The notes beneath the pieces were generated by a model. That model saw only the letters and a program-made list of their open reading frames with translations. It was not told the origin of the DNA and did no database searches. The translations under genes and the position numbers were made by a program. A stretch of DNA of 63,406 bases, the filler included, from Reticulomyxa filosa (taxonomy: Eukaryota > Protista > Foraminifera): the NCBI GenBank assembly GCA_000512085.1. It is 21 parts of 21 records of this genome, joined end to end, with 100 filler letters (N's around TTAATTAATTAA, not from the genome) between each part and the next. Parts side by side here need not be neighbours in the genome. Positions count along the whole stretch, not along the records: positions 50,307 to 51,608 come from ASPP01001049.1; positions 51,709 to 53,110 come from ASPP01035547.1; positions 53,211 to 56,597 come from ASPP01006233.1; positions 56,698 to 57,697 come from ASPP01040923.1; positions 57,798 to 60,354 come from ASPP01015215.1; positions 60,455 to 62,034 come from ASPP01024490.1; positions 62,135 to 63,406 come from ASPP01040081.1; 14 more parts are not named here. One strand, written 5' to 3'. Positions within the stretch are counted from its first letter, which is position 1; each line of letters begins with the position of its first letter. Positions 50,307 through 62,262 of the stretch are shown here, in pieces.

Positions 50307-51608
50307 ATAATTAAAATTATTAAATTTTTTGTTGTTAATAAAAAAGTTCACTTTTTGAATTACATAAGTTCAAAGCTTTTACGTTCATTGATTTCATTCT
50401 AACAAAAATATTTTTGAGAAAACAAATTTACATCAGCAATAAACGTGTAAATACTAAATTAGTGTAATGTGAAAGAAATCAATCAATTTGACAATTGCAT
50501 AGCTGTTGATATACTAAGAAGTTGACGCAATATTATGCAGGTTGCAAAATGCTTCAAGGTTAGTGTTAGCGCAGTTCATAAATGGAAAAAACTTATAACA
50601 CAATATGAAATGTTGAAAGAAAACTTATGTCATGAAGAAAAAATACTATTTCATACAGAATCAAACGACACATGGTCAGATTGCTTGTTGCATATAAATG
50701 TGAAACTACATCAAGCATTAAGATGATGTTACAAAACGAATAGAACGCTGTCGTTCTAGACAAACAATCAGCATATCGCTTAAAACTATGTATATGCATA
50801 CTATAACAAAAAAAAAGAAGCAGTACTTGTATGAAGATAATAAAAACTGCGATTAGAATTTGCAAGAGCTTACAAAATTGGACAGCAAACTGTAGAAATG
50901 TAATGTTTTCTGACTAGACCAAGGTGAACATACATGACATTGACAGTTTCGATATGTTCGGAAAAGGTCTGAAGAACCTTCTGATGGAAGAACAATGTGT
51001 CAATCTAGAATATTTGTGATGATGTATTATGACTTGGTCTTGTATTGTATTTCAATAAGTTGGACGGTCACTCAGAGTTGATGGATAGCTTAATTCTTCA
51101 CTATATCACGAGATGTTTGTCTGTGAAATACTTGATATGTATAATCTTGAATAGACAGCACATAAAATTGGATTTTTCAGCAGATAATGTGTTATGTCAA
51201 AAATCGATATATACACAAAGATTGTTTAAAGATAATGAAATAAATGTGTTGAATTCCCTGAGAACAGTACTGATCTAAATCATATTTCGGACATATTGTG
51301 GATCGTAAAGTGTAAAGTTTATCAGAAATGACCTTTTTCTACCTGAGTAATTTGGCAAGCAATTGTATAATATCGAAACTTCTTTGTGTGAAAAACTAAT
51401 TAATTCTATGCTAAATAGGATACATGAAGTGATCCAAGCAAAGGTGATGCCACCAAATGGTGATTGATATATTTTTTATGATTTTTATTGTCGATAAAGT
51501 GTTTTGTGAAAAAAAAGTACAATGTTTTGGCATTTTAAACCTTTAGCTTTTTAAGTTCAAAAAATGAACTTTTTTATTAACAACAAAAAATTTAATAATT
51601 TTAATTAT
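50307..51608 (+). mobile_element. Decayed Tc1/mariner transposon with terminal inverted repeats
   Basis: 50307-50359 and 51556-51608 are inverted repeats (52 of 53 identical). Interior remnants: HTH MQVAKCFKVSVSAVHKW, RLEFARAY, NVMFSD*TK, CEKLINSMLNRIHEVIQAK. Confidence 0.9.
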
Positions 51609-52267
51609 NNNNNNNNNNNNNNNNNNNNNNNNNNNNNNNNNNNNNNNNNNNNTTAATTAATTAANNNNNNNNNNNNNNNNNNNNNNNNNNNNNNNNNNNN
51701 NNNNNNNNAAAACTGATTGCGGTCTAACTTTTTACCACACCGAGCTTTTTTCACCGGAATTTCACAAATATGTTTGCAGTATATTGGCCTATCGTCCCAA
51801 ATTGGTTTGGTCATTTCAATTTTTTATACACATTTTAATTTTGTTATCGATACTTATGTCCTTTTATAAGCCATTACATCTTCACCAGAACGGCCTTGTA
51901 AACTTCGTTTGGAAGAATTTTTACGATACATTGAAACGGGGGGGCAATCTTTAACTTTTTTCACGTCTATTCATTTCATAGAATAGTTTTAAGAGAAACA
52001 ATGCATTATTTCAAATAAATCAAAATAAACTGCTTCACTTCAATAGAAGTCACAATGAAATCAAACTTAGTGCAATACGATTCAGTCATGGGAAATATAT
52101 AATCCAATGGCTGCACCATCATTTTTTAGTGATTTTGATGAAATTTGTTTTTTAAAAGAGTTTTCAAACTTAGAATTTTTTCCTCCAAAAAAAAACATAA
52201 AAAAAAGTTCTAGAATTTTTGCCTTTCATACCTATTATCTACCATCTTATTCTTATCCTTACAAGAA

Positions 52268-52790
52268 TGACTGAAATATTCAAATATCGAGTAGAATCAA
52301 AATCAAAAAGCTTAGCACGCGCATATTGGAACCTAAGACAGTTTTTTCAAAAATTTTGCGAATTTCCACAGAAAGAACTGAAAGAAGTTAAAAAGATATT
52401 TTCAAACGCTACTGCAATTGATTGTCAAACTGGACAATCTTTGAATGAACATAAAATCAACGGGTATTTAATCAATTTTTTTCTCAATATTAAATATACA
52501 AAATTGCAAAAAAAGATTTATAGAATTGGGTGGGGTAGCAAAATTAAAAGAGTTATTAAATCAATATATATCAGTAGAAGATAAAGAATGTATTTACGAT
52601 TGTTTGCAATTATTAAGTAATAATTATTTCCCATTTGACAAAAAACTTATCGTCGATGAACTTAAAATATTGATTTTTTGATTGCTTTGCAAAAACAATT
52701 ATGGATAAATTCCAATTCAATTATCATGAATGAAATTGATATTATTTGACTCGATGGAATAAAATCATGAAAAATAATTTATTCAAAATG
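52268..52790 (+). pseudogene. Interrupted hypothetical gene fragment
   Basis: ORF 52219-52584, then IELGGVAKLKELLNQY... with stops. Confidence 0.3.
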
Positions 52791-53210
52791 TTATTTTTTA
52801 TTTATACAAATTTACACTTAAAAAAAAACTTGATATATTTTTTTATGTTTATATCTTTTTATTTTTTTCAGCAAATGGTAAACCATTGTGTGCTGTTTTT
52901 GCTGTTGCATATTCGACAGCATTTAGTCCTTTGTGTATTTTAGAAAGGAATATAGAAAATAAATTGATATTATGATTGCAACAACGTCTTTCCAAAAAAT
53001 TTTTCTTTTTTTTTTTTGTATCCTTCTTTATTGTTATCTTGAAATTTCCATTGTTCAAATTCAAATAATAATTTTATTGTTTTATTGATATTTCCTTGAC
53101 ACCAATCATTNNNNNNNNNNNNNNNNNNNNNNNNNNNNNNNNNNNNNNNNNNNNTTAATTAATTAANNNNNNNNNNNNNNNNNNNNNNNNNNNNNNNNNN
53201 NNNNNNNNNN

Positions 53211-54954
53211 AAAAAAAAAAAAGAAAAGAGCTGGAACTGACAAAGCCCAAGCAAAACGAGGTAAGAAAGAGACAAATCCGGGAAATACCTTTGTGTTTTG
53301 TGTGGAAATCAAACGGAACGAAAGTGTGCAACGTGTGAACGTGCTTGATGTTGATTGACTTGGTCGTGCAAATAGTTTGAGCAGAAGTTACAACAAAAAA
53401 CTAATGAATGCAATGACTTACTGCAACAATTGAACGAAGCAAAGAAATTACAGCACGATGTCAATAGTTTATCGGAACAATTGACTGACGCAAAAGAAAA
53501 AATTCGCAAGGTTGTTTCATTTTTGCAAGCATCTTTGTTAACTTATATTTGAGATATATTGTTACCAAAAAATAATAATAATGAATGGTCACATATATAC
53601 ACACATACATAAAGAGAGATAATCAATTGCAAGAAAAAGAGAAAGAAATTTCAAAACTAAAAGCCATGCAAGATAATCAACAAAATGCAGATTTAATTGC
53701 GTTTGGTTTCTTCAATTGTTTTTGTTTTTGTTTTTCCCTCAGTTGAGGTGCTTTCACAACACAAACGACGCATGGAATACACATGTAAATCACTGCACTA
53801 TCACAAAACAGCAAACACACAAGCGAGACAATGGCAGAGGTAATAATTCAAATGTGAACATATATTACATTCATTCGATTTGGCTTGTAACAACCAACAA
53901 AACAACAACAATGCAACAGCTGGAAAGAAAGATAGAAGAGGCAAACAGCGAAAAGGAAAAAATAATACAGCAACTCGATACTGAAAATAAGCAATTAGGA
54001 AAGATGCTTGCCAAACTGTTCGACTCTTTACAATTGACTTTGTGCTTGTTGTCATTTTTGCATTTGTGCATCTGTAATAGCTATCCTTTGTAACAATATA
54101 TATATATACATATACATACATAAAACAGTTCGAATACAAACAAAGAACAAGACGAAAAACTGGGAGAGGTATGTCAAAATCCACGCACGTAGATCAAATG
54201 TCCTTTATGTTTTTGAATTGATTGATAAATGTCACATTCTTTGTCTTTTTCGTCCAATGGACATTCATAACAGAAAAACAAAAGGTTAGAAGAAAAAGAT
54301 AAAAAGATAAAGAGTTTAGAGACTTTGATACAGCAAATGGAAAATGCAAAGAATACTCAACAAAAAGAGAGACAAGAGTTTATCACGCTTCATTTTTTGC
54401 AATTCTATTATATCCCAAACTTTTTCTTAGTTCACATAAACCAACCATCTTTGTTGTGTCAAAATAAATAGGAAGCAAGCTGAAACGGAGAAAATCAATG
54501 ATTATATTAAACAAATTCGAACAGTAAAGCATTTCCTTTTTTTTTATGTGTACTCCAATCGTTTGACGCACAACAAAAAAATCAACACTAAAAACAGCTC
54601 GAAGGAGAGGTGAAAAAAAACGAAGATGAAATATCCACTCTGAATGAAGCAATTCGTCAAAGCACAATTGCAAAGGATCAATCGGAGAAGAGAGAAAGGT
54701 CATTAGAGTTCTTTTTTTTGCTTCGTTCAAATTGTACACAATTTTTGTGTTCTTTAAAAAAAAAAAAAACAAACAGAGAATTAAAAGAAGAAATCTTAAA
54801 ACTAAAGACAACAAAGCCAAAATCAAAAGTTATATGCTTGTACTACTTCTTCACTGTAACACACTTTTTCGCCAAAAATATATACAATTATGCGTGTATT
54901 GTCTGTAATGCTCAAAAAGGATCACGACGTGTTTCATTTGCAAAGGGGCTATGA
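53211..54954 (+). CDS. Coiled-coil protein with many small exons, 3' part, ending RRVSFAKGL
   Basis: Short E/K/Q-rich exons flanked by GT/AG, e.g. intron 54699-54776. Confidence 0.65.
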
Positions 54955-55445
54955 TGAAAATGATGCCAAGTATGATACATCCGACTTATGGCAAAATCCA
55001 ACTATACTTCACATTAAAGAAGTTACATTAGGTTGATCGTATTGTGTGAATCAAGGAGCTTCGATTTTTTTTTTTAACATATAAACTCGGCTCCAATAAT
55101 TTTTCGACCAATGACATTTTAATCAATTTTTTTTTCTTCTCTTTGCGTGGTACAAATTTTATATCAATAACAAAAATAAGAAAAAATTGATTCGTCAGCG
55201 AGAAAAACAGCCGAGACTCAATTTCTAAAAAGAAAGAATGACAATTTGTATCATTATAAAACTGAATAATTGATCAATCTGAATTATTATTGAACTACAA
55301 TAATCAGGTCGAATTTAGATTGTTGGATGGATACGATCAAAATACAAAACAAGGAAAGCAAAACATAGCGAAAGGCAGGGTAGGGACCAAAAAAAAATCA
55401 TAGGTAGTGTTGTGTATTTTGTTGTAGATAAAAGAAGTTCGAACA

Positions 55446-56597
55446 TGAACTTCTCCAACATGTCTTCAACACAGCCTCCAACGGCTTTTGATTTGCACAG
55501 CTCTGGAAATGTGGCTGTATTTATTATTGGTCTAGGTAAGGCGTTGTGAAATCACTTGTGTTTTTTTCAACACTTGCAACAAAAGAAAAAAAAATTATAT
55601 AATTACAGTCACAGCAATAATATCTATATTTTACGTTATTCGAGGTTATAAAACCGTACCAGTTTGCACAAAAAACAAGAACGAAGGGAGGAAGTGAGAA
55701 GGGAGTCCACTCCAAAAAAAATGAGTGAGGATGAGGTTTTTTTGAGGTGATTGGTAGGAGGAGAGCAAGGGAGAAAAAAAAGAGTCAGTGGACAATGAAA
55801 AAATAAAACAAGAAAGTGCGTAAAAATAAAAATAAAAACAAAAACAGAAGAAAAAACGCTCAGGAAGAGCAGGTTTAATTTTTGCCAAAGCATTGGCGTC
55901 AGGGGGATTGGTAGTTGTCTATTTCAGTATGTTGGGCAGCATTAGCACACCCCCAGATGAATTCGTTTAAGTGGACCTTTTGTTTGTTTTTTTTTGTATT
56001 AAAAAGAAAAAACAAATGACAAATAAACAAAAACAAACAAACAAACAAAAAACACAGAAAAGATCAGACACATGCTCATTTTGGGGATTTTTATTTTTTT
56101 TATTTTTTACGGCGACACAAGGTTATTTTATTGGAATAACAGTGGATTTATTTGAGACATTGAGAAATCCATTTCGAAATCCCAATAACACACCTTGGGC
56201 TATCCACTTTGTGATATGGGTTTGGGCATTTGGGATCAATTTTCTCATTTCCCTCGCAGGTGCATTTCGCTATCGCAGCAACTTGAATATGTGCGCTACA
56301 TGCAATACCGGTGAAGAATTGAATCCTTACAATGTATTGTTGATGTATGCGCCGTTAGGTCTGGGAGGATTTTTAGGGACTATCGCCATCTTCAAGACCT
56401 GTAGCTCGTTGCGAGGCGCTGTGAGAGAAACGTTGGGACCGAGGATTCTCTCCATTCGCCAACAGCTTTTCGTTGTCATCACGTTTACATTCTGCACTGT
56501 TGTTACTTTAGCACCTTTGGCAGTTTTTACTGGCGCAAAGTTTGTTTTAACTTTGATACTTGTACCTTTATCTTTTGTTCCTCCTTTTTTTTTTTTT
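55446..56597 (+). CDS. 7TM receptor (cAMP-receptor/GCR1-like GPCR), partial
   Basis: CSFWGFLFFLFFTATQGYFIGITVDLFETLRNPF...HFVIWVWAF, ECL2 Cys, TM5 and TM6; upstream small exons from MNFSNMS. Confidence 0.7.
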
Positions 56598-57859
56598 NNN
56601 NNNNNNNNNNNNNNNNNNNNNNNNNNNNNNNNNNNNNNNNNTTAATTAATTAANNNNNNNNNNNNNNNNNNNNNNNNNNNNNNNNNNNNNNNNNNNNTCA
56701 TATCCAGCTTCAGAAAATTATCTTTTTCGATTTAATAAATAGATATACGATCTTATCACATTGTTTGCAAATGAATTTTCACCATATGCGTCCATATCAA
56801 TATCAACATCTTACTGTTTCTGTAATATCTTTGATTGCCAATCAAATTTTTCTAATTTTTAATCAATAAATTTATATTTGAATATTAGTTTAAAGTTGTT
56901 CTTATTGCCTTTGTTTTCACAATTGTACTTGCAACATATTACTGATTATCAATCAAAAGTATTTTAAAACGGCGATCAGTATATCCTTTTCAGCCAGTGT
57001 TTTTATTCATGAACATTGATCTTCCATTAAGTCTGCTAATATAATATATAATTCAGTAACAACCCCCAAATGAGTTTGCACTATATATCTTAATTGGCGA
57101 GTGTTTTCATGTTACTATATTGTATTTTAACATCCTTTATAGCATGTATTGTGATTTTGCTGATGTAAATAATAACTATCTGGATAAGCTTGTCGTTGAT
57201 ACTGCCAATATAGTTTTGAAGTGTTTGAAATATTATTTAATCTAACCAAAGATTAAACATTCTATTGTTTTGTAATTTACGTAGTTATTCATTTGATGTT
57301 CAATTCGTATGTTTATATATCATCATGTACTTCAATTATTTTCTTTTTTATGTTTTTTTGTCGCTTTTTATCTCTTGCACTTCTTCACTGACGTATTCTG
57401 TCGCTTATTCCAACGTTATCATACAATCAAATGTTACCATTTCTGTCAGTGTTCTGTTGAGTTAGTTGATCCTTTCAATATTCATTTTTATTTCACGTGC
57501 ACGTGCAAACATTACAAAATTTTTCATTTTCAATTAATTCGACGTAACTTATGAAATGTTCATCTAATATAAATGAAATAAACAAAGTGACTGTGTCTAT
57601 AAATAATATGCGCCAGTCTTTTTGTTTGTTAACTTAGACTGTTCTTGCTTGTGCTTTTTTTTTCTTGTTTAAAGAGAATGTTTTAAACACGGAAAAGNNN
57701 NNNNNNNNNNNNNNNNNNNNNNNNNNNNNNNNNNNNNNNNNTTAATTAATTAANNNNNNNNNNNNNNNNNNNNNNNNNNNNNNNNNNNNNNNNNNNNGCC
57801 ATGTGGTAGTGATGGTGATGGGCGTGACAAAAAAAAAAAAATTACATAAATAAATAAAT

Positions 57860-59163
57860 AAAGAAAAGCTATGAAATTCAAGAAGAAGCAGAGAAACAAA
57901 AATTTCAGCAGACAGATGAAAAAACGAAAACTTTGAGAGAAAAAATTGAAAAGGAAACTGTTGTGCTGAATGATATAAGCGACAAAAATCGCAATTTGAT
58001 AAAAGAGGCCAAAGAAAAAGACAAAGAGCTTCGAAAACTGAAGACGAAATCCGAACAGGAAAAACAGCAATTGTCATCGCACCAACAAGCTGTTGATCGA
58101 ATGAAACATGATTTCGAGGCCAAATTAAACACGGAGGAGTTGGAAAAGGGTCAATTGCAAATTGAAGAAAAAGAATTGCAGAAAGAACTGAGCGAACAGG
58201 TTTGAAAAATTAATTATATTGTCTATATATGTGTATATGGTAACAATGAACAACTACAAAGCTATTTTTGCTTATCTGTGATTTTCATAAGGATAACATA
58301 ACACACACACACACACACAAATAATAAAAATTAGAAACGATTAATTGAAGAAATAATGGAAAAGCAAAGTCGTATTGAAGAAGAAAAAGCCAACTTTGTT
58401 GATGAGAAAAAAAAGGATGTCGAAAGAGACATCTTAAAAGAAGATGCTGATAAAGTGCTCCTAGAAAAAGACTTGTCTGCAAAAGACGAGCAGTTGAGAC
58501 AAAAAAACAACGAAATTCAAGCATATGAAAAGTCAAACAAGGATCTTGAAGGCAAGTTAGACAGTCTACTAACGCGTCTCAACACTTCAACACAAGAACA
58601 AGAACAAACGATCAAACAAATTCAAGAACTTAAAAAAGCTCAAAAAGAGGCACTCTTGGATTATGAAAGAATACAATTGGAACACAAACAGTGTAAAGAA
58701 CAAGAAAATAACTTAAAAGTACTATCTTTTCTTTCCGATAAATGTCTTTTATTATTATTATTATCATCCCTAACGGGCATACATGATTGACTTGAAATGG
58801 GGCGGGGGGGGGGGAAAAAAAGGAAGCCAATAAAGTTCTGAGCAAACGACTTAATGAAAAAATTGAAAACGAGCAAGATCACAAAGAAAGAGAACAAAAA
58901 ATCATTGAAAAAGAAAACACCTTAAAACAAAAAGAAGAACAAAAAAATTATCCAAAGTGGAACCACCACCAATTGATAACACAAAAGAGGAAGAACCACC
59001 ATTGCCCCGACGACAAACTTCTGACAAAAGTCGATATCGTTATGGATCACAATCAAAAAATTCTGGCTGGGATCCCTTATATCAGTATCGAGCTTTCTTT
59101 CCATTTCCTTGGTTATCTGTAGTGTTATTTTTCTTGCTCTTTTTATCGTTAATGAGACATTAA
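57860..59163 (+). CDS. Tail-anchored coiled-coil protein (golgin-like), 3' part
   Basis: Coiled-coil exons (57933, 58356, ~58825) and terminal hydrophobic helix WLSVVLFFLLFLSLMRH*. Confidence 0.65.
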
Positions 59164-59704
59164 ACACGTTTTGAAAAAAGGGGTATCAAAAAATAAAATT
59201 AAGTTGGCAACTCAAAGTTTCCTTTTTTATTTGTAAATATTTAAAGAAGGATACCCTTTTGAGTTTAGCCAATGTTTAAAAAAAAGAAAGAGGAAAGACA
59301 TTTCTTAGAGCTTATGTCTTATTTTTTTCTGTTTTTTTCACCTCTTCCTCATCCATTTTTTTTTGTGTTGCTCACATCTGATTTTATTTTCAAATTACTC
59401 AGTCAATCGACTGTTTGCTTCTATTTTGAGAGCGTTTAAAACAACTTACTCACTTTGATCCGTAATCTATTGTAAAAAACACAAGAAATTACCAAGCTTA
59501 TTTTGCAAAATAGATTTCCCTGGCTCTAAAAAATATATAACATCAACTTTGTCGTAAAATGCGTATCAGAATTGTAGAAAATTAACATGTTAAAAATGTT
59601 ACTACTGTTTGGAAAGGCGAATTTCTAAATTATTGATTTTTTTAACGCGTGGTCAACTTGTTTAAAATACAATTCCAAAGTTTGGGTGGAACCACAAGTT
59701 TGAA

Positions 59705-60270
59705 ATGTCTGTGAACCTGAAGGGTTTTTAGAAGATTCCTCTAAAAAAGAGCGCTGATCATCCTGTCACATGCGACCAGAAAATGTATCCAAAGTCTGGC
59801 AACGGTCCATATATGTAAGATTTTTGTTTGTTTGTTTTTCAAATGGAAAAAATTGAGAAGCGAGTCCGGAAAACTCATACAAACACTAAGCTTGAGGAAT
59901 TTCGATATGACCAAACGCTTTTGCTGAGAGTACTTGATTCGTACCTGGATTGGTGTTCTCGTCATATTTGGACTTGTTTAGTGAATGGCATTATTGTCTA
60001 CGGAATTTGTGCAATTATCACCACTAGCCTCTTTCAGCTGCTTGTTGCAGTTTTCGGTCAATTGCAAAACAAACAAAATTACCTTGTAAACTTGAGGATC
60101 GAGACTGTTTATTATATATTTCTATTTTTTTTTTTTTTATCAAAAAAAAAAAAAATAGAGGGAAGGATTTCGGATTCATTTTCAGTATTGTTTTGGATTG
60201 ACTCAAATCTATTTACAATGATATCAATAAATATGATAATACTTGGCTATCGAATGTATTATTTTCAAGG
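59705..60270 (+). CDS. Multi-pass membrane protein, 5' part
   Basis: ORF 59828-60274 with two hydrophobic segments and GT-AG introns; upstream ATG at 59705. Confidence 0.45.
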
Positions 60271-60454
60271 TTAGGCAAAGTACACAGAGTGAAAGCAACA
60301 CAAATAACAAAAAGTAATTTTTTTTGAGGTCATCGTATTGCACACACACACACANNNNNNNNNNNNNNNNNNNNNNNNNNNNNNNNNNNNNNNNNNNNTT
60401 AATTAATTAANNNNNNNNNNNNNNNNNNNNNNNNNNNNNNNNNNNNNNNNNNNN

Positions 60455-60526
60455 GGATCCAAGCAAAGTAAAAAGAAAGGATCTAAGCAAAGCAAAAAGA
60501 AAGGATCCAAGCAAAGCAAAAAAAAG
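60455..60526 (+). repeat. 24-nt coding tandem repeat, (GSKQSKKK)x3
   Basis: GGATCYAAGCAAAGYAAAAARAAR three times, truncated by the linker. Confidence 0.9.
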
Positions 60527-60988
60527 AGATCCAAAGAAGAATGGGACTACAAAAAAGGGATGTTGACAGTCGAAGTAGTCAGTGGTGAGAATATTAAAAA
60601 ACCAAAAGCAGACACCAATATTTATGTAAAACTACATTTGGGCAACGATTCTGATGTAACAAAGTCGAAGAAATACCAAAAACACATAACGTGGAATCAA
60701 AAATTCGATTTTCCCATAAAAAACATAGCTGAAAAATTGTTGGGAGTGATAATAGTAAGCAATGGCAATCCCCAAAAAAAAGGCAATGACAGTTTCAAAA
60801 TCGGTTTGAAAGATTTGATCGAGAGTGATGACGGAGAGATGAACAATGTCGAATTCAAGATTCCCAACTCCCAATCGGGAACTACTTTGGTCATGAGTTT
60901 ATCTTACAGTGAAGAAGACGAAAATGAAGAAGAAGAAAACGAAGAAGAAAGTGAAGGTCAAGAGGATGATGGCAACAATTCCAATTAA
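60455..60988 (+). CDS. C2-domain protein, 3' part, with basic repeats and acidic tail
   Basis: GMLTVEVVSGENIK..ADTNIYVKLHL...TWNQKFDF...GTTLVMSLSY is a C2 fold pattern. Confidence 0.8.
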   Translation, partial: GSKQSKKKGSKQSKKKGSKQSKKKRSKEEWDYKKGMLTVEVVSGENIKKPKADTNIYVKLHLGNDSDVTKSKKYQKHITWNQKFDFPIKNIAEKLLGVIIVSNGNPQKKGNDSFKIGLKDLIESDDGEMNNVEFKIPNSQSGTTLVMSLSYSEEDENEEEENEEESEGQEDDGNNSN

Positions 60989-61373
60989 AAAAAAAAGCTG
61001 ATCATAATTGATCAGAGTTTATGCAGCTGTTATTTCATTTGGATCAATTTGTAAATACTTTTTTGTTATTGTTGCGGTCTAAACTGAGTAAAAAAAAAAA
61101 AAAAAAGACCAATCATAAAATTTACACTTTGTGTCCAAAGAGTTTTTGAAATACAATCCAGTTTATTTTCGAAGAAAAAAATTGAAAAAAAAGAGTTCTG
61201 ATACACAATCATGAATTTAACCAAAAAAACTCAAAGCAATCTTCAGAGCATAAAACTGAGTGTTTTTGATAAATTTAGATTTGTGTTACATTTTCTTTAT
61301 GTTGCATAACTCGATCTCTCATGACGGAAGAAAAAAAAAAAGATGGAGTCGTCAGTTAATATTGCCATGATTG

Positions 61374-61990
61374 TTAAGTTTGTGCACAACAATAACACTC
61401 AATGACAATTTGACAATTCGAAGTAGATGTAGCGTGACAGCGGGCACAACAAAGCTTGAGCCAATATCTTCTGAGCAAAAACAATAAAGCAACAACGATG
61501 CAAATGTTGACAATGGAGAAGAGGACGACGGTAATTTGACATGACATAAGCAATACTTTCAAATGTTTGTTTTCGTATTTGTCATGGGTGGTGCTTGGAA
61601 ATAACACGCAGACTGCGAGAGAGCCGACATACAAATAACACAAACAAAAGGGTAATACTAGTGATGACACCACAAATGAAACGAAGGATGTTTGTCTTCA
61701 TTTGCAATATATTCAACACACGACAATGGAACCTTTTCATTCCAAATGTGTGCCATTCGAATAAATCCAACAACGCAATAGGGTATCAGCACTCCTTTTT
61801 TTTCCATTTAAAAAAAAAAAAAGAATGCACTTTGGTGAAGATAGCAATTCCTCTCTTTGATAACATATTATATGTTTCATACCAACAAAGTGAGTTTTCC
61901 ACAAGGAATTGGACGGATCGGGTGCAAATAGTGGTGCCAAATAGATAATGAACAGTATGGACCACAGACAGGTTTCCAACATGCTGCTAT
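61374..61990 (-). CDS. Multi-pass membrane protein (7TM-like), 3' part, interrupted
   Basis: Hydrophobic ORFs 61737-61982, 61582-61773 and 61374-61673. Confidence 0.4.
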
Positions 61991-62134
61991 TTGAACGTAT
62001 TGGCCATTTGTTTGATTTGTTTGAAAAAAAAAAANNNNNNNNNNNNNNNNNNNNNNNNNNNNNNNNNNNNNNNNNNNNTTAATTAATTAANNNNNNNNNN
62101 NNNNNNNNNNNNNNNNNNNNNNNNNNNNNNNNNN

Positions 62135-62262
62135 CATTGGGAAAAAGACATTGGGAAAAAGACATTGGGAAAAAATAATTGTGAAAAAAGCTTTGGGAAA
62201 AAAGCTTTGTGAAAAAAAAGTTGGGAAAAAAGAGTTGGGAAAAAGGCATTGGGAAAAAAAAA
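62135..62262. repeat. ~14-bp minisatellite, consensus CATTGGGAAAAAGA, about 9 degenerate units
   Basis: Seen directly at the contig start. Confidence 0.85.

Noticed and set aside
62135-62262. TTGGG-containing tandem repeat as CRISPR or telomere
   Set aside because: No unique spacers, eukaryotic context, and units are degenerate with variable A-run length. It is a minisatellite.
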